Shown here: positions 8,323 to 16,593 of the stretch, in pieces
How the letters are laid out: each line of letters opens with the position of its first letter
How positions within the stretch are numbered: the first letter of the stretch is position 1
Assembly: GCA_963729895.1 (NCBI GenBank)
Contig: CAVSQB010000041.1
Coordinates: forward strand, 1 to 25,696
DNA length: 25,696 nucleotides
Direction: 5' to 3'
Origin: an uncultured Fibrobacterota bacterium
GTDB taxonomy: Bacteria > Fibrobacterota > Chitinivibrionia > Chitinivibrionales > FEN-1185
Notes under the pieces: model-generated
Database searches by the model: none
The model's input: the letters and a program-made list of their open reading frames with translations, nothing else
Told to the model about the DNA's origin: nothing
Made by a program: the position numbers and the translations under genes

Positions 8323-8380
8323 TTCACTTCCCCGCCTTCCCCAAATACCCGTCAATCGCCTTCGCCGCTTCGCGGCCGTG
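8323..8380. repeat. Direct repeat copy 2: functional 3' end of gltD (58 bp)
   Basis: On the minus strand it reads HGREAAKAIDGYLGKAGK-TGA. Confidence 0.95.
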
Positions 8381-9754
8381 GAAAATGGCGCGAACCACGA
8401 GCGACGCGCCGATGTCCGCGTCGCCGGCGGCGAATACGCCGGGAACCGACGTCGCATAATTGCCGGTTTTTACATTGCCGCGTTCGTCAAACTCGATGTT
8501 GAAATCGTTGAGCAGCCTGTTGTGCGTCACGTGGAGAAATCCCATGGCCAGCAGCACGAGGTCCACGTCGAGGGAAAACCCGCTTCCCGGGATTTCGACC
8601 ATGGCGGGCGGTGTGCCTTTTTCCCCGGGCTTCCACTCCACCTTTACGCACTGGATTGCCTCGACAGCCTTTGTGCCGGTAAACTGCTTTGTGAGAATGC
8701 CCCACTCGCGCTCGCACCCCTCCTCATGAGAACTTGACGTTCGGAGGATCTGCGGCCAGTACGGCCACTCGGGGTTCCAACCGTCCTTCCAGTCGCGCGG
8801 CCTGGGCATGATTTCGAACTGGTAGACCTTCCGCGCGCCCTGGCGGTGCGCCGTGCCGACGCAATCGGAACCGGTGTCTCCGCCGCCTATCACCAGCACA
8901 TTCTTGCCCTTCGCGGAAACCGTTTCTTGCTTCCCGGGAACGCCGGCCACGCTCCTGTTGGACCGTATGAGGTAGTCCATGGCGAAATGAATATTGTCGA
9001 GGTTCCTGCCCGGCGCCGGCAGATCGCGCGGCTGGCCCGCGCCCATGGCAACGAGCACCGCGTCGAACGCGCGCCTGAGATACCGGGCGGACAGGTCGTC
9101 GCCGATGTGCACCGACGTTTCGAAGTTGACGCCTTCCTCGATCAGCTGTTCGAGCCTTCTGTCGAGCACCCATTTTTCGAGCTTGAAGTCGGGTATGCCG
9201 TAGCGAAGGATGCCGCCAATCCTGTCTTCCTTTTCGAACACCGTGACCGTGTGGCCCATGCGGCGGAGCTGTTGCGCGGCGCAGATGCCGGCCGGGCCGG
9301 AACCGATGACGGCCACCTTCTTGCCGCTCTCGGACGCCGGCGGGCGCGCCGTCACCCATCCCTGCGCGAACGCGTTTTCTATGATGGCAAGCTCGATCTG
9401 CTTGATGGTGACCGGGCTGTCGTTGAGCGAGAGCGTGCACGACGGTTCGCACGGCGCCGGGCAAATCCTGCCCGTGACCTCGGGCAGATTGTTGGTCATT
9501 TCGAGGCGTTCGTACGCCTCCTGCCATTTTCCCCGGTACACCAGATCGTTCCATTCCGGTATCAGGTTGAACACGGGACAGCCCATGGCATGACAGAACG
9601 GAATGCCGCAATCCATGCAGCGGGCGGCCTGTATCGACACGTCCTGGTTGGAAAGGGGCACGATAATTTCTTTGTAGTCGTTCACCCGTTCGCCCGCGGG
9701 CCGGTACGCGCTGGTGACGCGCGGATAGTCGAGAAATCCCGTAACTTTCCCCAT
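8324..9754 (-). CDS. gltD: Glutamate synthase (NADPH) small subunit
   Basis: Starts MGKVTGFLDY just after the gltB stop, with a GGAGG RBS. Motifs are QAARCMDCGIPFCH, GRICPAPCE, VIGSGPAG, GGGDTGSDC and GVFAAGD...SLVVRAI. Confidence 0.97.
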   Translation of the reverse strand: MGKVTGFLDYPRVTSAYRPAGERVNDYKEIIVPLSNQDVSIQAARCMDCGIPFCHAMGCPVFNLIPEWNDLVYRGKWQEAYERLEMTNNLPEVTGRICPAPCEPSCTLSLNDSPVTIKQIELAIIENAFAQGWVTARPPASESGKKVAVIGSGPAGICAAQQLRRMGHTVTVFEKEDRIGGILRYGIPDFKLEKWVLDRRLEQLIEEGVNFETSVHIGDDLSARYLRRAFDAVLVAMGAGQPRDLPAPGRNLDNIHFAMDYLIRSNRSVAGVPGKQETVSAKGKNVLVIGGGDTGSDCVGTAHRQGARKVYQFEIMPRPRDWKDGWNPEWPYWPQILRTSSSHEEGCEREWGILTKQFTGTKAVEAIQCVKVEWKPGEKGTPPAMVEIPGSGFSLDVDLVLLAMGFLHVTHNRLLNDFNIEFDERGNVKTGNYATSVPGVFAAGDADIGASLVVRAIFHGREAAKAIDGYLGKAGK

Positions 9755-9756
9755 GG

Positions 9757-12700
9757 TCAATACACCTCCTCGGTAATGGGAACGACTTCGGTTTCGCGGG
9801 ACTGGTCTTTGCGCATGCGCTCCAGCGCGCTCCTGTAGTCGATGGGGATCACCTTCACGAAGCGCGGGAGCATTTCGCTCCAGTCGTCCAGGATGCGCCG
9901 CGCGTGCGCGCTCTTTGTGTAGCGCGCGTGGTTTTGGACAAGGGAGAACAGCGCCGTCTTGTCTTCCTGGCCGACGACGGGCTCCAGATCGACCATTTCG
10001 AGGTTGCATCTGGTGTCGAACAACTGGTTCTCGTCGAGCACGTAAGCGATGCCGCCGCTCATACCCGCCGCGAAATTTACGCCGGTATTGCCGAGTACCA
10101 CCACCGTGCCGCCGGTCATGTATTCGCACCCGTGATCGCCCACGCCTTCCACCACGGCGACGGCCCCGCTGTTGCGGACCGCGAACCGTTCGCCCGCCAT
10201 GCCGTGCACGTACATCTCCCCGCTCGTCGCGCCGAACAGGTTGACGTTGCCGGTGATGATGTTGGTGTGGGGCCGGTAGGTTGCGTCCCGCGAAGGGTAC
10301 AGGATGATTTTCCCGCCGCACAGCCCCTTGCCCACGTAATCGTTGGCGTCGCCTTCCAGCTCAAAGGTGATGCCGGGCGCCAGAAACGCGCCGAAGCTCT
10401 GGCCTGCCGCGCCGGTAAACTTCACTGAAATGGTGTCGGCCGGCAGCCCGGCGGAACCGTAACGCCTGGAAATCTCCGCGGAGAGCATGGCTCCCGCCGT
10501 CCTGTTGCGGTTGCTGATGGGCATGGCAAGCGACACCGGCGTTTTTGCATCAAGCGCGGCCGTTGCCTGCCCGATGATACTCGGGTCGAGCGAGTTGGAA
10601 AAATCGTGCGTTTGCTTCGACACGCAGCGGATGGGCTGGCCGGCGTCGCGCTCCGGCACTGCAAGCACCTTCGAAAAATCGAGGCCGCGTGTTTTCCAAT
10701 GGGACACCGCGGTGCTCACTTCGAGCAGGTCGGCCCGGCCGATCATGTCGTCCATGGAACGAAATCCGAGGTCCGCCATCAGCTGCCGCACTTCCTGCGC
10801 TATAAACCGCATGAAGTTGACGACATGCTCGGGCTTGCCGGCAAACCGTTTCCGGAGCCGGGGGTCTTGCGATGCAACCCCCACCGGACATGTGTTGAGA
10901 TGACATTTGCGCATCATGATGCATCCGAGGGTGACGAGCGCCGCGGTGCCGAAGCCGAATTCCTCAGCGCCGAGCAGGGCCGCGATCACGACGTCGCGGC
11001 CCGTCTTCATCTGGCCGTCGCACTGGATTCGAATGGTGCCGCGCAACCTGTTTCGCACGAGCACCTGCTGCGCCTCCGCAAGGCCGATTTCCCAGGGAAT
11101 TCCCGCGTGCTTGATGGAGGATACGGGCGACGCTCCGGTGCCTCCGTCGTGGCCGCAGATGAGCACCATGTCGGCGCGGCCTTTGGCCACGCCTGCGGCA
11201 ACGGTCCCGACGCCCACTTCGGAAACAAGTTTTACGGAGATGCGGGCATCGCGGTTTGCGTTTTTCAGATCGAATATGAGCTGTGCAAGGTCTTCTATCG
11301 AATAGATATCGTGGTGCGGCGGCGGAGATATGAGCATGACTCCCGGCGTGCTGTGCCGCACCCGTGCTATCATTGCGTCAACCTTGTTTCCCGGAAGCTG
11401 TCCGCCTTCACCCGGCTTTGCGCCCTGCGCCATCTTGATCTGGAGTTCGCGCGAATTAACAAGGTAATTGCTTGTGACGCCGAAGCGCGCCGAGGCGACC
11501 TGCTTTACCGCGCTTTTTTGCGAATCGCCGTTGGGCAGCGGCGTGTACCGCGCCTCGTCTTCGCCTCCCTCGCCCGAATTGCTCGCCGCGCCCAGCCGGT
11601 TCATGGCAATGGCGAGGGTCTCGTGCGCCTCTTTGCTGATGGAGCCAAACGACATGGCCGACGTTACGAACCGCTTTACAATGGACTCAACGGGCTCCAC
11701 GCTGTCAAGCGGCACCGGCGTCGCCTTCTTGAATGCAAAGAGGCCGCGAAGCGTACACAAATTGGCGGCTGCGTTGTTGACATACGATGAATACCGGGCA
11801 AACGCGTCGCCGTCGTTTTCCCGTGTCGCCTTCTGCAGCAGGGCGATTGCCGTGGGAGTGAGCAGGTGCTTCTCGGAAAACTCGCGGAAGTTGTATTTGC
11901 CGCCCGGCTCCAGCCCCTGCGGGGCCGCACGGCGCGCAAAAGCGTCGGCGTGGCGCGCAAGGCATTCCCGGGCGACGTCCTCCAGGCTGATGCCGCCGAT
12001 GCGCGACGGGGTTCCCGGAAAATACCTGTTTATCAATTCTTCGCCGAGTCCCACCGCCTCGAATATTTGCGCCCCCTTGTACGACCTGATGGTGGAAACT
12101 CCCATCTTCGACATGATTTTGAGCAAACCCTTTTTCACGGCGAGAATGTAGTTCTCGATGGCCGACTCGAGCGTTGCATCCCCGGCAAGGCTCTTGCGGT
12201 CCACGAGATCAGCAATCACTTCGAACGCCAAGTAGGGATTTATCGCGCTTGCGCCGAATCCCATGAGACAGGCAAAATGCATCACTTCGCGGGCCTCGCC
12301 CGTCTCGATCACGATGCCCGTGAGGTGCCTCTTCCCGATTCTCACCAGATGCTGGTGCACCGCGGACACTGCGAGCAGGGAAGGAATGGGCACATGTTCT
12401 TCATCGACTCCCCTGTCGCTCAGAATGACAAGCGAGCATCCGTTGTCGACTTTTGTTTCCACGTCGGCCGCAACGGTTTGGAGGGCCGACGAAAGCGACG
12501 TGACGCTGGGCGCAAAATGAATGGGCTGCACGCACGAGCTGAAACCGCCGATCGACATGCTCCTCAGTTTGTTCACGTCGTCGTTGCTGAGAATGGGGTG
12601 CGAAAGTTTGAGCTGGTGGCAATGGTTTTCGCTTTCGTCAAGTAGATTGCTCTCTCTGCCGACGAAGCTCATAAGCGACATCACCAGGTTTTCACGGTAG

Positions 12701-14277
12701 GGGTCGATGGGCGGATTGGTTACCTGCGCGAACAGCTGCTTGAAATAGTTGAACAGCAGCTGCGGCCGTTCCGACAGCACAGCAAGCGCCTCGTCGTTGC
12801 CCATGGAACCCACCGGCTCCTGGGCATTTTCGGCCATGGGTGCGATTAAAACGTCGCGGTCTTCCAGGGTATAGCCGAACGCCTTCTCGTTTGTTAATAA
12901 CGTATCGCGCTCGATGCGCACCGGGCCGGGAACGCCGAACAGGCCCTTGAGCTCGATCCTGTTCTTTTCGAGCCACCGGCGATACGGTTTCCGTCGCGAT
13001 ACAGAAGCCTTTATTTCGTTGTCCGACAGAACGCGGCTGCGCGCGGTATCCACGAGTATCATCTTCCCGGGCGCGAGCCTCCCCTTTTCCCGAACGTCTT
13101 TGGCCGGAATATCGAGCACACCGATCTCGGAGGCAAGCACCACGGTACCATTGCGGGTAATAACGTACCGGGCGGGACGCAAGCCGTTGCGGTCGAGCGC
13201 AGCACCAACGATTGTTCCGTCTGTAAACGAAATGGAAGCCGGTCCATCCCAAGGTTCCATGATCGCTGCATGGTATTCGTAAAATGCCCGTTTATCTTCG
13301 CTTATGTGGTAACGCGGGCCGAATGCCTCGGGGATCATCATCATCATGGTGTGTTCCATGGACCTGCCGCCCAGCGAAAGCAACTCAAATACGTTGTCGA
13401 ACATTGCCGAGTCGCTCCCACCGGGGGTGATCACCGGGAAAAGCTTCGAAATATCGCTCCCGAAAAGCTGTGAAGAAAGCGTTGCTTCACGCGCGTTCAT
13501 CTTGTTGATGTTGCCGCGGAGGGTATTGATCTCTCCGTTATGCGCCAGATAGCGGAACGGCTGGGCCAGGCACCACGAAGGGAACGTGTTGGTACTATAC
13601 CGCTGGTGGACAAGCGCGATTGCGCTTGCAAACTTTGCGTCCAACAGATCGGGAAAGAACGCATCGAATTGGGGTGCAACGAACATTCCTTTGTAATTGA
13701 TCGTCCTGCAGGACATGGACGGAATGTAGAATTCGTCCATGGAAAGCCCGGCGGAAGCCGCCTCGGATTCCATGCACTTTCTCGCAACAAGCAATTTTCG
13801 TTCGAGCGGTTCACCGCTCAACGTCTCAAAGTCTACAAATACCTGGTTCACATACGGCATGTTTGCCCTAGCAAGGTCCCCAAGGCACCCGGGGTTCACG
13901 GGCACCTCGCGCCAGCCGAGCACACTGCCGCCTTCATTGCGAACCGTTGTCTCCACTATGGCTTTGGCCTCTTTGCGCTTCTTTTCCTGCCGCGGAAGAA
14001 ACAGCATGCCTGCTCCGTAGCTGCCTGACGCCGGAAGCGCAATGCCTGTCCTGGCGCATTCCACCGCAAAGAACTCATGCGGGATTTGTGTAAGCATGCC
14101 TGCACCGTCGCCGGTTTTCTGGTCTCCGCCCACGGCGCCGCGGTGCACCAGATTCTTGAGTATGGTGATCCCGTCGCTGATGATCGCATGCGTCTGCCGG
14201 CCATTCACATTTGCAACAAAACCGACGCCGCAGCTGTCGTGCTCGAAAGCGGGATCGTACAGGTCTTTTCTGCTCAT
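9757..14277 (-). CDS. gltB: Glutamate synthase large subunit
   Basis: GAGGAG RBS then MSRKDLYDPAFEHDSCGVGF (Ntn Cys). Motifs are HQRYSTNTFPSW, HNGEINT, EPWDGP, KMAQGAKPGEGGQLPG, the 3Fe-4S motif CIMMRKCHLNTCPVG, and the GXGXG domain. Confidence 0.98.
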   Translation of the reverse strand: MSRKDLYDPAFEHDSCGVGFVANVNGRQTHAIISDGITILKNLVHRGAVGGDQKTGDGAGMLTQIPHEFFAVECARTGIALPASGSYGAGMLFLPRQEKKRKEAKAIVETTVRNEGGSVLGWREVPVNPGCLGDLARANMPYVNQVFVDFETLSGEPLERKLLVARKCMESEAASAGLSMDEFYIPSMSCRTINYKGMFVAPQFDAFFPDLLDAKFASAIALVHQRYSTNTFPSWCLAQPFRYLAHNGEINTLRGNINKMNAREATLSSQLFGSDISKLFPVITPGGSDSAMFDNVFELLSLGGRSMEHTMMMMIPEAFGPRYHISEDKRAFYEYHAAIMEPWDGPASISFTDGTIVGAALDRNGLRPARYVITRNGTVVLASEIGVLDIPAKDVREKGRLAPGKMILVDTARSRVLSDNEIKASVSRRKPYRRWLEKNRIELKGLFGVPGPVRIERDTLLTNEKAFGYTLEDRDVLIAPMAENAQEPVGSMGNDEALAVLSERPQLLFNYFKQLFAQVTNPPIDPYRENLVMSLMSFVGRESNLLDESENHCHQLKLSHPILSNDDVNKLRSMSIGGFSSCVQPIHFAPSVTSLSSALQTVAADVETKVDNGCSLVILSDRGVDEEHVPIPSLLAVSAVHQHLVRIGKRHLTGIVIETGEAREVMHFACLMGFGASAINPYLAFEVIADLVDRKSLAGDATLESAIENYILAVKKGLLKIMSKMGVSTIRSYKGAQIFEAVGLGEELINRYFPGTPSRIGGISLEDVARECLARHADAFARRAAPQGLEPGGKYNFREFSEKHLLTPTAIALLQKATRENDGDAFARYSSYVNNAAANLCTLRGLFAFKKATPVPLDSVEPVESIVKRFVTSAMSFGSISKEAHETLAIAMNRLGAASNSGEGGEDEARYTPLPNGDSQKSAVKQVASARFGVTSNYLVNSRELQIKMAQGAKPGEGGQLPGNKVDAMIARVRHSTPGVMLISPPPHHDIYSIEDLAQLIFDLKNANRDARISVKLVSEVGVGTVAAGVAKGRADMVLICGHDGGTGASPVSSIKHAGIPWEIGLAEAQQVLVRNRLRGTIRIQCDGQMKTGRDVVIAALLGAEEFGFGTAALVTLGCIMMRKCHLNTCPVGVASQDPRLRKRFAGKPEHVVNFMRFIAQEVRQLMADLGFRSMDDMIGRADLLEVSTAVSHWKTRGLDFSKVLAVPERDAGQPIRCVSKQTHDFSNSLDPSIIGQATAALDAKTPVSLAMPISNRNRTAGAMLSAEISRRYGSAGLPADTISVKFTGAAGQSFGAFLAPGITFELEGDANDYVGKGLCGGKIILYPSRDATYRPHTNIITGNVNLFGATSGEMYVHGMAGERFAVRNSGAVAVVEGVGDHGCEYMTGGTVVVLGNTGVNFAAGMSGGIAYVLDENQLFDTRCNLEMVDLEPVVGQEDKTALFSLVQNHARYTKSAHARRILDDWSEMLPRFVKVIPIDYRSALERMRKDQSRETEVVPITEEVY

Positions 14278-14560
14278 CTTCTCCTCAGAGGTCTTCGGGT
14301 TGCGGTCCGGCCGGGTGAGCGGCCTTGGGCCTTTCAAAAATACAACATGATCTCCGCGTGTCCGGTGAAAAACTGGGCTTGCGGATTGAAGAACCCCGCC
14401 CAAAGTGGCGGGAATTCTTCCATGCTCAGGGAAAAGATACTTGTAACTCGCCCGCTAACCCCGCGCCACGTCGCGGGGATTACGCGGGCTCAGGCATTCA
14501 CTTGCCGACGGCGGGTAACCTTTTGTGCAACGCTCCGGTACCTGAACCCTGGTTAAAGCG

Positions 14561-14575
14561 GCAATATCCATGCCA
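14561..14575 (-). promoter_or_regulatory. Sigma-54 (-24/-12) promoter for gltBD
   Basis: Minus strand TGGCAT-GGATA-TTGC, with exact consensus spacing, oriented toward gltB. Confidence 0.7.
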
Positions 14576-14621
14576 TTGGGTCAAGATTTTGATTTGAGCC
14601 GCCTTGACCCAGACCAAATGC

Positions 14622-14667
14622 GGTACAACAATGTATCAATTTGGCCGTTTTGGTACAAAACAGTACC
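14622..14667. promoter_or_regulatory. Paired 16-bp palindromic sites, putative enhancer (bEBP) binding sites
   Basis: GGTACA-ACAA-TGTATC (14622-14637) and GGTACA-AAAC-AGTACC (14652-14667) lie 30 bp apart between the divergent sigma-54 promoters. Confidence 0.65.
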
Positions 14668-14795
14668 ACTTGCAATGCCCAATTATTCGATGGGTGTTCA
14701 AATGTATTGGGCCTGCGCCGCATGCATCAAATCGCTTCCGTGCATAGGATTAGGGCAGGCTGCCCCTCCTTCGCCCGTTGTTTCAAGTATGTTGA

Positions 14796-14810
14796 TGGCA
14801 CGCATGTTGC
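14796..14810 (+). promoter_or_regulatory. Sigma-54 (-24/-12) promoter for amtB-glnK
   Basis: TGGCAC-GCATG-TTGC, a consensus match, 38 bp upstream of the amtB start. Confidence 0.85.
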
Positions 14811-14848
14811 GTTGTGACATGCACCATATTTTTTCTCAAGGAGATGCC

Positions 14849-16090
14849 ATGAACGGACCATTCCAGTCTTTGCAGTATGCGGGTGACGCGCTGTTTCTTA
14901 TGGTGGGCGCAGTCCTGGTTTTTTCCATGCACGCGGGGTTTGCCTTTCTCGAAGTTGGCACGGTGCGCAAGAAGAATCAGGTAAATGCTTTAGTGAAGAT
15001 CCTCTCCGATTGGGGGGTCTCCACGGTCATGTATTTCCTGATCGGGTTTCCCATTGCCTACGGCATCAGTTTCTGGATGAACGCCGGTGATCTTCTCCAG
15101 CTCACCAACGGCAAGGTTGTGTCCGGAGTCCGCGGGTTCGACCTGCTCCATTGTTTCTTTCTGCTTACGTTTGCCGCTTGCATCCCGGCCATCATCTCCG
15201 GAGGCATTGCCGAACGCATGAAGTTCTGGCCCCAGGTTTTTGCCGGCGCGATTTTCACCGGCCTTGGCTACCCCCTCTTCGAATCGGTCATGTGGGGAAA
15301 AAATACGTTTTTGCAAACATGGCTTGCCTCTTCGTTCGGCGCTTCGTTTCACGACTACGCAGGCTCGGTTGTGGTTCATTCGGTCGGCGGATGGATTGCG
15401 CTTCCCGCCATCATCCTCCTTGGCCAGAGAATCGGCCGCTGGGTGAACGGAAGAAGCATGGGCATTCCGGTTTCCAGCATTCCGTTTTTGGGCCTCGGCT
15501 CATGGATTCTTGCGGTCGGCTGGTTCGGGTTCAACGTGATGAGTGCGGGAAAATTCGAAGCCATCTCCGGGCTCGTCGCGGTCAACTCCCTCTTCGCAAT
15601 GGTGGGCGGTATCCTGTTCGGGCTTGTTTTCACGAAGGCCGACCCCGGCTTCGTGCATAACGGCGCTCTCGCCGGTCTCATCGCCATCTGCTCGGGCTCC
15701 GACGTTGTGCACCCGTTCGGTGCGTTCTTCATCGGCGGCATCGGCGCGCTCGTCTTCGTTTTCGGGTACAAATTCGAAACCGAAAAGCTCAAGATCGACG
15801 ATGTGCTTGGCGTGTGGCCCTTGCACGGTTTGTCCGGTTCGTGGGGCGGGATCGCCACCGGCATTTTTGGCCAGAAATTTCTTGGAGGAATGGGCGGTGT
15901 GAGTATAATTTCTCAAATTATGGGAGCCGTGTCCGCAGCCGCGTTTTCGGTGTGCATCGGCCTTCTGGTGTACGGCGCGCTCAAAAAAACGGCGGGGATC
16001 AGGCTCGACGAGAAACAGGAACGCCAGGGTTCCGATTTGGCAATTCACAATACCGGGGCCTATCCCGAAGAAGACATGCTCGCCTCGTAA
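14849..16090 (+). CDS. amtB: Ammonium transporter (Amt family)
   Basis: AAGGAG RBS before the ATG at 14849. Motifs are MHAGFAFLEVG, IISGGIAER, DYAGSVVVH (first pore His), GWFGFN, NGALAGL and DDVLGVWPLHG (second pore His). It is adjacent to a PII gene. Confidence 0.96.
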   Translation: MNGPFQSLQYAGDALFLMVGAVLVFSMHAGFAFLEVGTVRKKNQVNALVKILSDWGVSTVMYFLIGFPIAYGISFWMNAGDLLQLTNGKVVSGVRGFDLLHCFFLLTFAACIPAIISGGIAERMKFWPQVFAGAIFTGLGYPLFESVMWGKNTFLQTWLASSFGASFHDYAGSVVVHSVGGWIALPAIILLGQRIGRWVNGRSMGIPVSSIPFLGLGSWILAVGWFGFNVMSAGKFEAISGLVAVNSLFAMVGGILFGLVFTKADPGFVHNGALAGLIAICSGSDVVHPFGAFFIGGIGALVFVFGYKFETEKLKIDDVLGVWPLHGLSGSWGGIATGIFGQKFLGGMGGVSIISQIMGAVSAAAFSVCIGLLVYGALKKTAGIRLDEKQERQGSDLAIHNTGAYPEEDMLAS

Positions 16091-16117
16091 ACACTCACTA
16101 TACAGGAGACGCGATTC

Positions 16118-16465
16118 ATGAAATACATTGTGGCCATCATCCAGCCCGCACGCCTCGAAGCGGTCAAAGAGGCGCTCAGCACCATCGAGGTGTTCCGTCT
16201 TACCGTCACCGAGGCGCAGGGTATCGGCCGCCAGCGCGGCCACACCGAAGTGTACCGCGGTCACGAATACCAGATCAATTTCGTGCGCAAGGTCAAGCTT
16301 GAGATTGCCGTTGATGACAAATACGTGGAGGCTACCATTGACGCGATTTCCAATGGCGCGCGTACCGGGGCGGAGGGGAAAATCGGCGACGGCAAGATTT
16401 TTGTCCTTCCCCTTGAAGACGTCGTGAGAATACGGACACGGGAAAGAGGCGGCGACGCGTTGTAG
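16118..16465 (+). CDS. glnK: Nitrogen regulatory protein P-II
   Basis: MKYIVAIIQP, GIGRQRG, T-loop YRGHEY (uridylylatable Tyr51) and GKIGDGKIF. Named glnK because of its linkage to amtB. Confidence 0.95.
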   Translation: MKYIVAIIQPARLEAVKEALSTIEVFRLTVTEAQGIGRQRGHTEVYRGHEYQINFVRKVKLEIAVDDKYVEATIDAISNGARTGAEGKIGDGKIFVLPLEDVVRIRTRERGGDAL

Positions 16466-16524
16466 GGGTTGCCGCACGCTTCGGCCGCATCAACAATCCG
16501 GTCCCGGGCGGCCTGACGCTTGGG

Positions 16525-16554
16525 AAAACGCCGTGCCCATCAACGGCGTTTTTT
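16525..16554 (+). terminator. Intrinsic terminator between glnK and glnD
   Basis: AAAACGCCGT-GCCCATCA-ACGGCGTTTT followed by further T residues. Confidence 0.65.
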
Positions 16555-16593
16555 CGTTTCGACGCGCATCTTCCATGTCGTGTGCACGTGCGT

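Noticed and set aside
9755..10321. 190-aa N-terminal extension of GltD in the ORF track
   Set aside because: It overlaps gltB out of frame. The conserved MGKVTGF start with an RBS is at 9754.
14820..14836. TGCACCATATTTTTTCT as an enteric NtrC site
   Set aside because: Only one half-site matches, and it lies downstream of the sigma-54 promoter.
14570..14848. Upstream extensions of AmtB (from 14570), GltB (from 14403) and GlnA (from 19215)
   Set aside because: They run through promoter or leader DNA. RBS-backed starts are at 14849, 14277 and 19323.
16490..16555. ANTAR dual-hairpin antitermination motif
   Set aside because: The only AACGGC-like hexamer is in the 3' arm of the terminator, and there is no second properly stemmed hexaloop.
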